Source: an uncultured Eubacteriales bacterium
GTDB lineage: Bacteria > Bacillota > Clostridia > Oscillospirales > Acutalibacteraceae
Assembly (NCBI GenBank): GCA_900321665.1
Contig: ONWY01000001.1
Coordinates: forward strand, 1 to 27,484
DNA: 27,484 nucleotides
Direction: 5' to 3'
The notes under the pieces are model-generated. The model did not search any database. It was not told the DNA's origin and worked only from the letters and a program-made list of their open reading frames with translations. The position numbers and the translations under genes were made by a program. Positions 1 through 6,533 of the stretch are shown here, piece after piece. How positions within the stretch are numbered: the first letter of the stretch is position 1; each line of letters opens with the position of its first letter.

Positions 1-711
1 TAAGTGCGCACTCTTTTTGAAATCGCCCTCTAATGCCGCCTGTGCAATGTTATGTGCTTCGAGCGGCATAATGTTGGATAACACCGAAATGACGCCCTTT
101 GCACCAAGTGCCATAAAAGCAGTGGTTTGGTCATCGTTGCCGGAGTAAAAGGTCAAATCATCTCCGCAAAGCTCGATGCTCTTTGCGAGCGCGGAAATAT
201 CACCGTTTGCCTCCTTTGATGCCACAATCATCGGGTGCTTTGCCAAGCGGGCATAGGTTTCGGGCAAAATGTTCATCCCGGTGCGAGAGGGAACATTGTA
301 TAAAATAATCGGCTTTTTTGCCCTGTCAGCGATATAGGTGTAGTGATGAATTAATCCCTCTTGCGAGGTTTTATTGTAATAGGGCGTTACAAGCAGAAGC
401 GCATCTGCACCGCACGAAGCAGCATCATCCGCCAGGCTGACACCGTATGCCGTATCGTTACTGCCTGCACCCGCAATGACCGGCACTTTGCCTGCCACCT
501 CATCTGCCACAAATTTGATTACCTTAATATGCTCGTCGGTATTCATGGTTTTGGCTTCGCCGGTGGTACCGCAAACAACGATAGCATCGGTTTTATTTTT
601 TAGCTGAAAATCAACTAATTGCGCCAACACATCATAGTTGACACTGCCATCGGCATACATCGGTGTGGCAATGGCGACCGCTGCGCCTTCAAATATAATA
701 GGTTTGCTCAT
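1..711 (-). CDS. dapA: 4-hydroxy-tetrahydrodipicolinate synthase (partial, 3' end runs off the window)
   Basis: Hand translation from ATG at 711: MSKPIIFEGAAVAIATPM...VVCGTTGE...MIVASKEANGD. It has the GTTGE motif and the Schiff-base Lys, and the frame is open to position 1. Not in the ORF track because it has no stop. Confidence 0.95.
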   Translation of the reverse strand, partial: MSKPIIFEGAAVAIATPMYADGSVNYDVLAQLVDFQLKNKTDAIVVCGTTGEAKTMNTDEHIKVIKFVADEVAGKVPVIAGAGSNDTAYGVSLADDAASCGADALLLVTPYYNKTSQEGLIHHYTYIADRAKKPIILYNVPSRTGMNILPETYARLAKHPMIVASKEANGDISALAKSIELCGDDLTFYSGNDDQTTAFMALGAKGVISVLSNIMPLEAHNIAQAALEGDFKKSAHL

Positions 712-728
712 AAAATTTCTCCAAAGAA

Positions 729-1820
729 TTAGTCAAAGTAGCCCTTAGCGGCAAGAAGCTCAGCCATCAGCACTGCACCGCCGGCAGCACCGCGCATGGT
801 GTTGTGCGCAAGGCAGACAAACTTGTAATCAAACTGTGTATCCTCGCGCAGTCTGCCGATGGAAATCGCCATGCCGTTTTCCAAATCTCTCTTTTCTTTG
901 CACTGCGGCTGATTGTCTTCGCTAAAGTAATGTAAAAACTGCTTGGGAGCGCTCGGCAGGCAGAGCTTTTGCGGCTCGCCCTTGTAGGCTTCCCAAATTT
1001 TTAAACATTCCTCCTTGGTCGGTTTTTTGCCTTCCTCAAAGCGCACATATACAGCGCCGGTGTGGCCATCACTGACCGGCACGCGAATACATTGCGCGGT
1101 GAAATTCGGGGTGGTGCTGTCTTTGATGACATCGCCCTCAATATTACCCCAGATTTTAAGCGGTTCTTTTTCGCTCTTTTCCTCCTCGCCGCCAATGAAG
1201 GGGATGACATTGTCTACCATCTCCGGCCAGGAATCAAAATTCTTGCCGGCACCGGAAATTGCCTGGTAGGTACAAACTAAAACATCCTTAACTTTATAGC
1301 CTGCCTTATCAAGCGGGAACAAAGCGGGGACATAGCACTGAATCGAGCAGTTCGGTTTAACGGCAATAAAGCCGCGCTTTGTGCCAAGGCGCTTTCTTTG
1401 CTTTTCGATAATCTCAGCATGCTCGGGGTTTAACTCGGGCAGGAGCATCGGCACATCATCTGTATGTCGATGGGCGCTGTTGTTGGAAACAACAGGGCAC
1501 TCCAAGCGCGCGTACTTTTCCTCAAGTTTTTTAATATCTTCTTTTTTCATATTAACAGCGCAGAAAACGAAATCCACAAGGGAAGCAATTTTTTCAGCAT
1601 CCGCTTCGGCATTGAAGATAACCATTTCCTTCATCGATTCCGGAATGGGTGTGCTCATTTTCCAACTGTTTTTGACAGCTTCGCAATACTTTCTACCGGC
1701 GCTCCTTTCGCTTGCTGCGAGCAGGATTACCTCAAACCAAGGATGGTTATCGAGAAGGGTGGCAAATCTTTGACCGACCATACCTGTTGCACCGATAATA
1801 CCAACTTTATATTTTTTCAT
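729..1820 (-). CDS. asd: aspartate-semialdehyde dehydrogenase
   Basis: Rossmann motif VGIIGATGMVG, SNNSAHR, catalytic KPNCS, C-terminal HNTMRGAAGGA; adjacent to dapA. Confidence 0.97.
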   Translation of the reverse strand: MKKYKVGIIGATGMVGQRFATLLDNHPWFEVILLAASERSAGRKYCEAVKNSWKMSTPIPESMKEMVIFNAEADAEKIASLVDFVFCAVNMKKEDIKKLEEKYARLECPVVSNNSAHRHTDDVPMLLPELNPEHAEIIEKQRKRLGTKRGFIAVKPNCSIQCYVPALFPLDKAGYKVKDVLVCTYQAISGAGKNFDSWPEMVDNVIPFIGGEEEKSEKEPLKIWGNIEGDVIKDSTTPNFTAQCIRVPVSDGHTGAVYVRFEEGKKPTKEECLKIWEAYKGEPQKLCLPSAPKQFLHYFSEDNQPQCKEKRDLENGMAISIGRLREDTQFDYKFVCLAHNTMRGAAGGAVLMAELLAAKGYFD

Positions 1821-1847
1821 TTTTTAACCCCCTGTTAAAAATAAATG

Positions 1848-1876
1848 TTGTAATGCGCCGATTTATGCATTATAAT
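1848..1876 (+). promoter_or_regulatory. sigma-A type promoter for queA
   Basis: TTGTAA (1848-1853), 17-nt spacer, TATAAT (1871-1876). Confidence 0.6.
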
Positions 1877-1887
1877 AGTAAATCGGC
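1857..1887. repeat. 9-bp perfect inverted repeat enclosing the queA -10 box
   Basis: GCCGATTTA (1857-1865) ... TAAATCGGC (1879-1887), 13-nt loop. Confidence 0.8.
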
Positions 1888-1903
1888 AATTATAATTATT
1901 TAT

Positions 1904-1932
1904 ATTTTATCATTAATATAAATATTAGTCAA
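1904..1932 (-). promoter_or_regulatory. sigma-A type promoter for asd-dapA
   Basis: Minus strand TTGACT (1932-1927), 17-nt spacer, TAAAAT (1909-1904). Confidence 0.55.
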
Positions 1933-2021
1933 TTCCTATTATTTGTTTATTTTTATAAATGGAGTATGCATGAAAAAAAGTGATTTTTACTATGATTTGC
2001 CGGAGCGGCTGATTGCCCAGC

Positions 2022-2149
2022 ATCCCTTAGAGCGCAGAGACAGCTCGCGCTTGATAATGCTTAATAAAAAAACCGGTGCTACAGATCCCCTTAGAGCGCA
2101 GAGACAGCTCGCGCTTGATGGTGCTTGATAAAAAAACCGGTGCTACAGA
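2022..2149 (+). repeat. tandem duplication inside queA, period 64 nt (63 nt plus one extra C)
   Basis: 2024-2085 and 2088-2149 are 62-nt copies differing at 3 positions (A2056/A2057/A2063 vs G2120/G2121/G2127). Confidence 0.97.
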
Positions 2150-3030
2150 ACACCGCGTATTTTCCGATTTGACGGAAATCTTAATGCCCGGCGACAGCTT
2201 AATATTGAATGACACGCGTGTTTTACCCGCGCGCATCTATGGCGAGAAGATATCTACCGGTGCAGTGGTTGAATTTTTGCTTTTAAAGCAGCTTTCCGCA
2301 AGTCAATGGGAATGTATTGTCAAACCCGGCAAAAAGGCGCGAGAAGGTGCTGCATTTGATTTTAGCGGCATCATGCAGGGGACAATCACTCAGGTGCTCG
2401 AAACCGGCAACCGAATCATTGATTTTTCGTTTGAAGGCAATTTCTTCGAGCTTCTTGAAAAAATCGGCTATATGCCCATTCCGCCTTACATTAAAGAAAA
2501 GCTGGAGGATAACGAGCGCTATCAAACCGTTTATTCCAAGCATTTAGGCTCTGCAGCTGCGCCGACTGCCGGCTTGCATTTTACAAAGCAAATGCTGCAG
2601 GCATTGGAGCAAAAGGGCATTAACATCGGCTATGTGACTTTGCATGTCGGGCTTGGAACCTTCCGCCCTGTCAAGGCAGATAACATTGAAGAGCATGTCA
2701 TGCACTCCGAGCACTACCGCGTGCCGGAGGAAACCGCCGCGCTGATTAACGCTACTAAAGCCAAAGGCGGCAGGATTATTGCCGTTGGCACCACCAGCTG
2801 CCGCACACTTGAGACAGCGGCTGATGAAAGCGGAAAGTTGCAAGCGAGCGAAGGTGAGAGTAAGATTTTTATTTACCCCGGTTACCGCTTTAAGTGTATT
2901 GATGCGCTTATTACCAATTTTCACTTGCCGGAGAGCACGCTGATTATGCTTGTCAGTGCGCTGGCCGGCAGAGAAAATGTGTTGCGTGCATATGAAACAG
3001 CAGTGCGCGAGGAATACAGATTCTTTTCTT

Positions 3031-3049
3031 TCGGCGATGCGATGTTTAT
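3031..3049 (+). repeat. queA 3'-end core, copy A (inside the current gene)
   Basis: TCGGCGATGCGATGTTTAT; reads GDAMFIV* with stop at 3054-3056. Confidence 0.9.
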
Positions 3050-3076
3050 AGTTTAAAGGATGTATAAAAATTCACA

Positions 3077-3120
3077 TCATATAAACCGTAAGCATCGGCG
3101 ATGCAATGTTTATTCTATAA
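3077..3120 (+). repeat. queA 3'-end core, copy B, with upstream TCATATAAAC motif (att-like junction)
   Basis: TCATATAAAC (3077-3086), 8 nt, TCGGCGATGCAATGTTTAT (3095-3113); reads GDAMFIL* with TAA at 3118-3120. Confidence 0.85.
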
Positions 3121-3143
3121 TTTGTATATTAATATGATAGAAT

Positions 3144-3176
3144 ATTGTTGACAATTACATATTATTTGCATATAAT
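3144..3176 (+). promoter_or_regulatory. consensus sigma-A promoter of the TA operon, with a palindromic candidate operator over the -35 box
   Basis: TTGACA (3148-3153), 17 nt, TATAAT (3171-3176); ATTGT-TG-ACAAT palindrome at 3144-3155. Confidence 0.85.
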
Positions 3177-3199
3177 ATTATTGAAGGGTGGTGTCAATA

Positions 3200-3466
3200 A
3201 TGGCTCAAACTAATGTTAATATTCGTATGGATGAACAAACTAAAAAAGAGTTTTATGCTTTTTGTAATGAGATTGGTATATCTGTAAGTTCAGCTTTTAA
3301 TATTTTTGCTAAAACTGTTGTTCGAGAGCATAGAATTCCTTTTGAGATAACTACTGATGTTCCAAATTCAGACACAATAGCTGCTATCGAAAAAGCTGAT
3401 AAGGGTGTAGATGTTTTCGGACCTTTTAATACAGTTGATGAATTGATGGAGTCATTAAATGCTTAG
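3200..3466 (+). CDS. RelB/DinJ-family ribbon-helix-helix antitoxin
   Basis: MAQTNVNIRMDEQTKKEF...GISVSSAFNIFAKTVVREHRIPFEI. ATG 3200 is preferred to GTG 3188 because of the promoter position and the upstream GGGTGG; overlaps the toxin start. Confidence 0.92.
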   Translation: MAQTNVNIRMDEQTKKEFYAFCNEIGISVSSAFNIFAKTVVREHRIPFEITTDVPNSDTIAAIEKADKGVDVFGPFNTVDELMESLNA

Positions 3467-3737
3467 AATAGAATATACAGGTCAGTTTAAGAAAGATTAC
3501 AAACTCGCCATAAAAAGAAACTATGATATTAATGAGTTAGTTAATGTTATTAATATGTTGGCTAATGAAGAAAAGCTGCCGGAAAAATTCAGAGACCACG
3601 CATTAGTAAATTATTCTAAGAATGCTAATGTTCGTGAATGTCACATCAGACCTGATTGGTTATTGATATATAGAATCTATCAGGATAGACTCGTTTTAGA
3701 ATTATTGCGAACCGGAACGCATAGTGATTTGTTTTGA
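3459..3737 (+). CDS. yafQ: YafQ-family (RelE superfamily) mRNA interferase toxin
   Basis: FKKDYK, RDHAL, RECHIRPDWLLIY, RTGTHSDLF: the His/Asp/Trp/His/Phe residues conserved in YafQ are present. Confidence 0.93.
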   Translation: MLRIEYTGQFKKDYKLAIKRNYDINELVNVINMLANEEKLPEKFRDHALVNYSKNANVRECHIRPDWLLIYRIYQDRLVLELLRTGTHSDLF

Positions 3738-3742
3738 AAAAC

Positions 3743-3775
3743 AGGTGCAGGATTATCTTGCACCTATACTTTTTA
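3743..3775 (+). terminator. intrinsic terminator after yafQ
   Basis: AGGTGCAGGA-tta-TCTTGCACCT stem (one G-U pair) followed by ATACTTTTT. Confidence 0.75.
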
Positions 3776-3815
3776 TTTGTTATGATTATTCATAATAAAG
3801 GTACGATTATAAGAG

Positions 3816-3856
3816 TCATATAAACTATACACATCGATGCGATGTTTATCAGGTAG
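3816..3856 (+). repeat. queA 3'-end core, copy C, probably the displaced original queA terminus
   Basis: TCATATAAAC (3816-3825), 8 nt, TCGATGCGATGTTTAT. It reads DAMFIR* and its TAG (3854-3856) overlaps the tgt RBS AGGAG (3855-3859). Confidence 0.85.
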
Positions 3857-3865
3857 GAGAATACA

Positions 3866-4993
3866 ATGAAAATTATCAAACAAGAGGGAAGCGCGCGGCG
3901 CGGTGAATTTAAAACGGTTCACGGCACGGTGCAAACACCTGCTTTCCAAAATGTGGCGACAGCAGCTGCCATCAAAGGCGGGCTTTCGGCATTTGATTTA
4001 AAAGAAAATGCTTGCCAGGTAATGCTGTGTAATACTTACCACCTTCATTTAAGACCGGGTGATACCATTGTAAAACAGGCAGGCGGATTGCACAAATTTA
4101 CCGGGTGGAACGGTCCGATTTTAACCGACAGCGGCGGATTTCAAGTTTTTTCGCTTGCAAAATTAAATAATATAAAAGAGGAAGGTGTGACCTTTGCTTC
4201 GCATATTGACGGCAGACGCATTTTTATGGGGCCCGAGCAAAGCATGCAAATTCAGTCGAACTTAGGTTCCACGATAGCGATGGCTTTTGATGAGTGTGTC
4301 AAAAATCCTGCGCCGTATCGCTATGCAAAGGAATCAAGCGAGCGCACCATCCGTTGGCTGCAGCGCTGCAAGGCGGAAATGCAGCGGCTCAATGCGTTAC
4401 CGGATACCGTGAACCCGCACCAGCTGCTGTTCGGCATTAACCAAGGGTGCTGCTTCGAGGATATTCGTATTGATAATATGAAGCGCATTGCCGATATGGA
4501 GCTCGATGGCTATGCTATCGGCGGCTTGGCAGTAGGCGAGCCGAAGGAGGAAATGTACCGCATTATCGGCGAGGTAGAGCCGCATATGCCGGCAGATAAA
4601 ATTCGCTACTTGATGGGTGTCGGTACACCGGGGAATATTTTAACCGGGGTAAAGCTCGGGGTAGATTTATTTGATTGTGTGATGCCCTCGCGCAATGCAA
4701 GGCACGGGCATGTGTTTACTTGGGATGGTATCATAAACCTCAATAACGCGCGCTATGCCGATGACTTTGAGCCGATTGACGAGCGCTGCGATTGTGAGGC
4801 TTGCAGGCATCATTCGCGCGCCTATATTCGGCACCTGCTCAAAGCGGGCGAGATGCTCGGTATGCGCTTAGCGGTCATTCATAACCTGCATTTTTATAAC
4901 AAGCTGATGCAAAAAATCAGAGATGCCATTGAGCAGGGGAATTATGAGCAATTTTATCGCGAAAATGTAAACAAATTGGATACGCGCATATAA
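3866..4993 (+). CDS. tgt: tRNA-guanine transglycosylase (bacterial type)
   Basis: NTYHL, TDSGGFQVFSL, FDEC, GGLAVGE, RYLMGVG, FDCVMPSRNARHG, Zn site CDCEAC. Confidence 0.98.
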   Translation: MKIIKQEGSARRGEFKTVHGTVQTPAFQNVATAAAIKGGLSAFDLKENACQVMLCNTYHLHLRPGDTIVKQAGGLHKFTGWNGPILTDSGGFQVFSLAKLNNIKEEGVTFASHIDGRRIFMGPEQSMQIQSNLGSTIAMAFDECVKNPAPYRYAKESSERTIRWLQRCKAEMQRLNALPDTVNPHQLLFGINQGCCFEDIRIDNMKRIADMELDGYAIGGLAVGEPKEEMYRIIGEVEPHMPADKIRYLMGVGTPGNILTGVKLGVDLFDCVMPSRNARHGHVFTWDGIINLNNARYADDFEPIDERCDCEACRHHSRAYIRHLLKAGEMLGMRLAVIHNLHFYNKLMQKIRDAIEQGNYEQFYRENVNKLDTRI

Positions 4994-4998
4994 AATAC

Positions 4999-5027
4999 TT
5001 GCATTTCTTTTTATTTTCATATATAAT
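4999..5027 (+). promoter_or_regulatory. internal sigma-A promoter for yajC
   Basis: TTGCAT (4999-5004), 17 nt, TATAAT (5022-5027); GGAGG RBS at 5045-5049. Confidence 0.7.
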
Positions 5028-5057
5028 AACTAAGATATTGATTCGGAGGAAAATAGT

Positions 5058-5474
5058 ATGAATTTATTTACTTTAGCTGCAGCCGGTACCACAGGAACCG
5101 GTGTTAGCGGATTTTTTGGTAGCACATGGGGCATGCTTGTTTTAATCGGCGGTATGTTTGTTTTAATGTACTTTTTGATGATAAGACCCCAAAACAAAAG
5201 GCGTAAAGAAGAAGAGGAAATGAGAAGCAATGTGGAAATCGGCGATGATATTGTCACCATCGGCGGCATCATCGGCAAAGTTGTTTCCACAAAAGACGAT
5301 GCTTTGATTATTGAAACCGGTGCCGATAGAAACAAGATGAAAATCAGCCGTTGGGCAGTGCAGACCAACCTGACCAGGCAGGCAGCACAGCAGGAAGCAG
5401 CGCAAAAGGCGAAGGAAGCAAGAGAAGCTGCCAAGGCTGAGAAAAAGAAAAAGAAAGAAGAAGCAAAAAAATAA
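5058..5474 (+). CDS. yajC: preprotein translocase subunit YajC with a Lys/Ala/Glu-rich C-terminal tail
   Basis: One TM helix then YFLMIRPQNKR, GDDIVTIGGIIGKV; follows tgt. Confidence 0.96.
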   Translation: MNLFTLAAAGTTGTGVSGFFGSTWGMLVLIGGMFVLMYFLMIRPQNKRRKEEEEMRSNVEIGDDIVTIGGIIGKVVSTKDDALIIETGADRNKMKISRWAVQTNLTRQAAQQEAAQKAKEAREAAKAEKKKKKEEAKK

Positions 5475-5489
5475 GCATAAACAAATTCA

Positions 5490-5533
5490 TCCCGCAGTAT
5501 CTTTTAGTAAGAAGATATTGCGGGAGTTTTTTT
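5490..5533 (+). terminator. intrinsic terminator after yajC
   Basis: TCCCGCAGTATCTT / AAGATATTGCGGGA stem followed by G and T7. Confidence 0.8.
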
Positions 5534-5935
5534 ATGTTACAAAAAAGTTTAAAGCCACTCTTGAAAGCGACGCTTTTCACAATAGCAGCAGCGGCACTGC
5601 TTTATGGCTTGGCGGCATTGTTTTTGCTCAAAAAGCAAAGCAGCTCGCAAAGCTATTTTTATGCTGCCGTTGCCATTCACTTAGTCCTCGGCGCGCTGAT
5701 TACCGTGCTATTTCGCAAAGAGGATTACAGTTTTATTTATCTTTTTCCCCTCTTGCTGCTACAGCTGCTGTTACCGGTTGTGTTTCACAGCTTTGAATTA
5801 AAGTTTCTTTTACTACCGGCAAGCGTGGCGGCAGTGCATTTTTTAATCCGTTTCATCATAAAGCACAAGAAATCAAGCAAAAAAAGAAATATGCATCAAA
5901 TCAGGAGAAAATATGAAAGGCTACATAAAAAATAG
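5534..5935 (+). CDS. small multi-pass membrane protein (position suggests YrzE/TIGR04086-like)
   Basis: About four hydrophobic segments and a basic C-tail; GGGAG 7 nt upstream. The family call rests mainly on its position after yajC. Confidence 0.6.
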   Translation: MLQKSLKPLLKATLFTIAAAALLYGLAALFLLKKQSSSQSYFYAAVAIHLVLGALITVLFRKEDYSFIYLFPLLLLQLLLPVVFHSFELKFLLLPASVAAVHFLIRFIIKHKKSSKKRNMHQIRRKYERLHKK

Positions 5936-6533
5936 TATTTTCAGCACAAAGGTTTTTATTAAGGATAATACATTAAGTATCATTTTTATTACTCTTTTTA
6001 CCATCGGCAGCTTAGTGGGCACACTGGCGCTCAATTTCGGGAAGGATACCTCCGCGTCTTTGATTTATCTGTTAACGACCTATTTTAAAGAAAACGCGAG
6101 CCTTTCCGTAATTGCTCTTTTCAGTAGAAATTTGATTAGTGCGCTTGTGTATTTAGGGGTGATGTATATTGGAGGACTGTGCGCAATCGGATTGCCTGTA
6201 GTAGGAATAATCCCTTTATTAAAGGGAATTGCGCTTGGTATGATTATATCTTATCAATACGTATATAATGGTATTAAAGGCTTTTTGTATGCATTGGTGA
6301 TTATTCTATTGCCGCAAGCGCTTTTACTTGCAATTTTGAGCATCGCTTACGGGGAAGGTATCTATATGAGCTTAACGGTTTCCAACGGTATCTTTAACGG
6401 CAAGCCGAGAGAAACAAAATACCGACTGAGCTTTATGACCTTTTCCAAAAGGTACTTAATTTTCGCAGTCGGTATTGTGATAGTGTCTATTATTGAGGCT
6501 GTGCTCGATTCCGTGTTTTCAAAGGTGCTTTAG
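5913..6533 (+). CDS. spoIIM: stage II sporulation protein M-like membrane protein
   Basis: 206 aa polytopic protein with the SpoIIM-like pattern (F.IGSLVG, LFSRNL, GLCAIGLP, KGIALG, LLPQALL, SIIEA); AGGAG RBS. Confidence 0.8.
   Translation: MKGYIKNSIFSTKVFIKDNTLSIIFITLFTIGSLVGTLALNFGKDTSASLIYLLTTYFKENASLSVIALFSRNLISALVYLGVMYIGGLCAIGLPVVGIIPLLKGIALGMIISYQYVYNGIKGFLYALVIILLPQALLLAILSIAYGEGIYMSLTVSNGIFNGKPRETKYRLSFMTFSKRYLIFAVGIVIVSIIEAVLDSVFSKVL

Larger units (their letters stand above)
1970..3056 (+). pseudogene. queA: S-adenosylmethionine:tRNA ribosyltransferase-isomerase QueA, frameshifted as written by an internal duplication near the 5' end
   Basis: GGAG then ATG at 1970 gives [28 protein letters not shown], and this frame stops at 2126-2128. 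The rest of QueA ([52 protein letters not shown]) is intact in the +1 frame up to TAA 3054-3056. The gene identity is certain; the pseudogene status is not. Confidence 0.85.
3114..3834. mobile_element. putative integrase-less cassette (about 736-bp unit) carrying a TA pair, inserted at the queA 3' end
   Basis: Bounded by queA-end direct repeats. It is AT-rich (3241-3300 has 15/60 G+C, versus 31/60 for 2341-2400 in queA), has its own promoter and terminator, and interrupts the usual queA-tgt adjacency. Confidence 0.65.

Noticed and set aside
1883-1969. preQ1 riboswitch upstream of queA, or lysine riboswitch upstream of asd
   Set aside because: The leader is very AT-rich with no preQ1 stem/pseudoknot pattern, and the 150-bp gap is too short and unstructured for a lysine riboswitch.
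2024-2149. Diversity-generating retroelement TR/VR pair (differences only at adenines)
   Set aside because: No reverse transcriptase or Avd in the window. The copies are directly tandem, only 62 nt, at the N-terminus of a housekeeping enzyme, and the G copy is the canonical one.
3077-3849. Integron attC sites flanking the TA cassette
   Set aside because: AAC...GTT ends are present but do not fit RYYYAAC/GTTRRRY, pairing between the arms is poor, the core is clearly queA coding sequence, and no IntI-type integrase is present.
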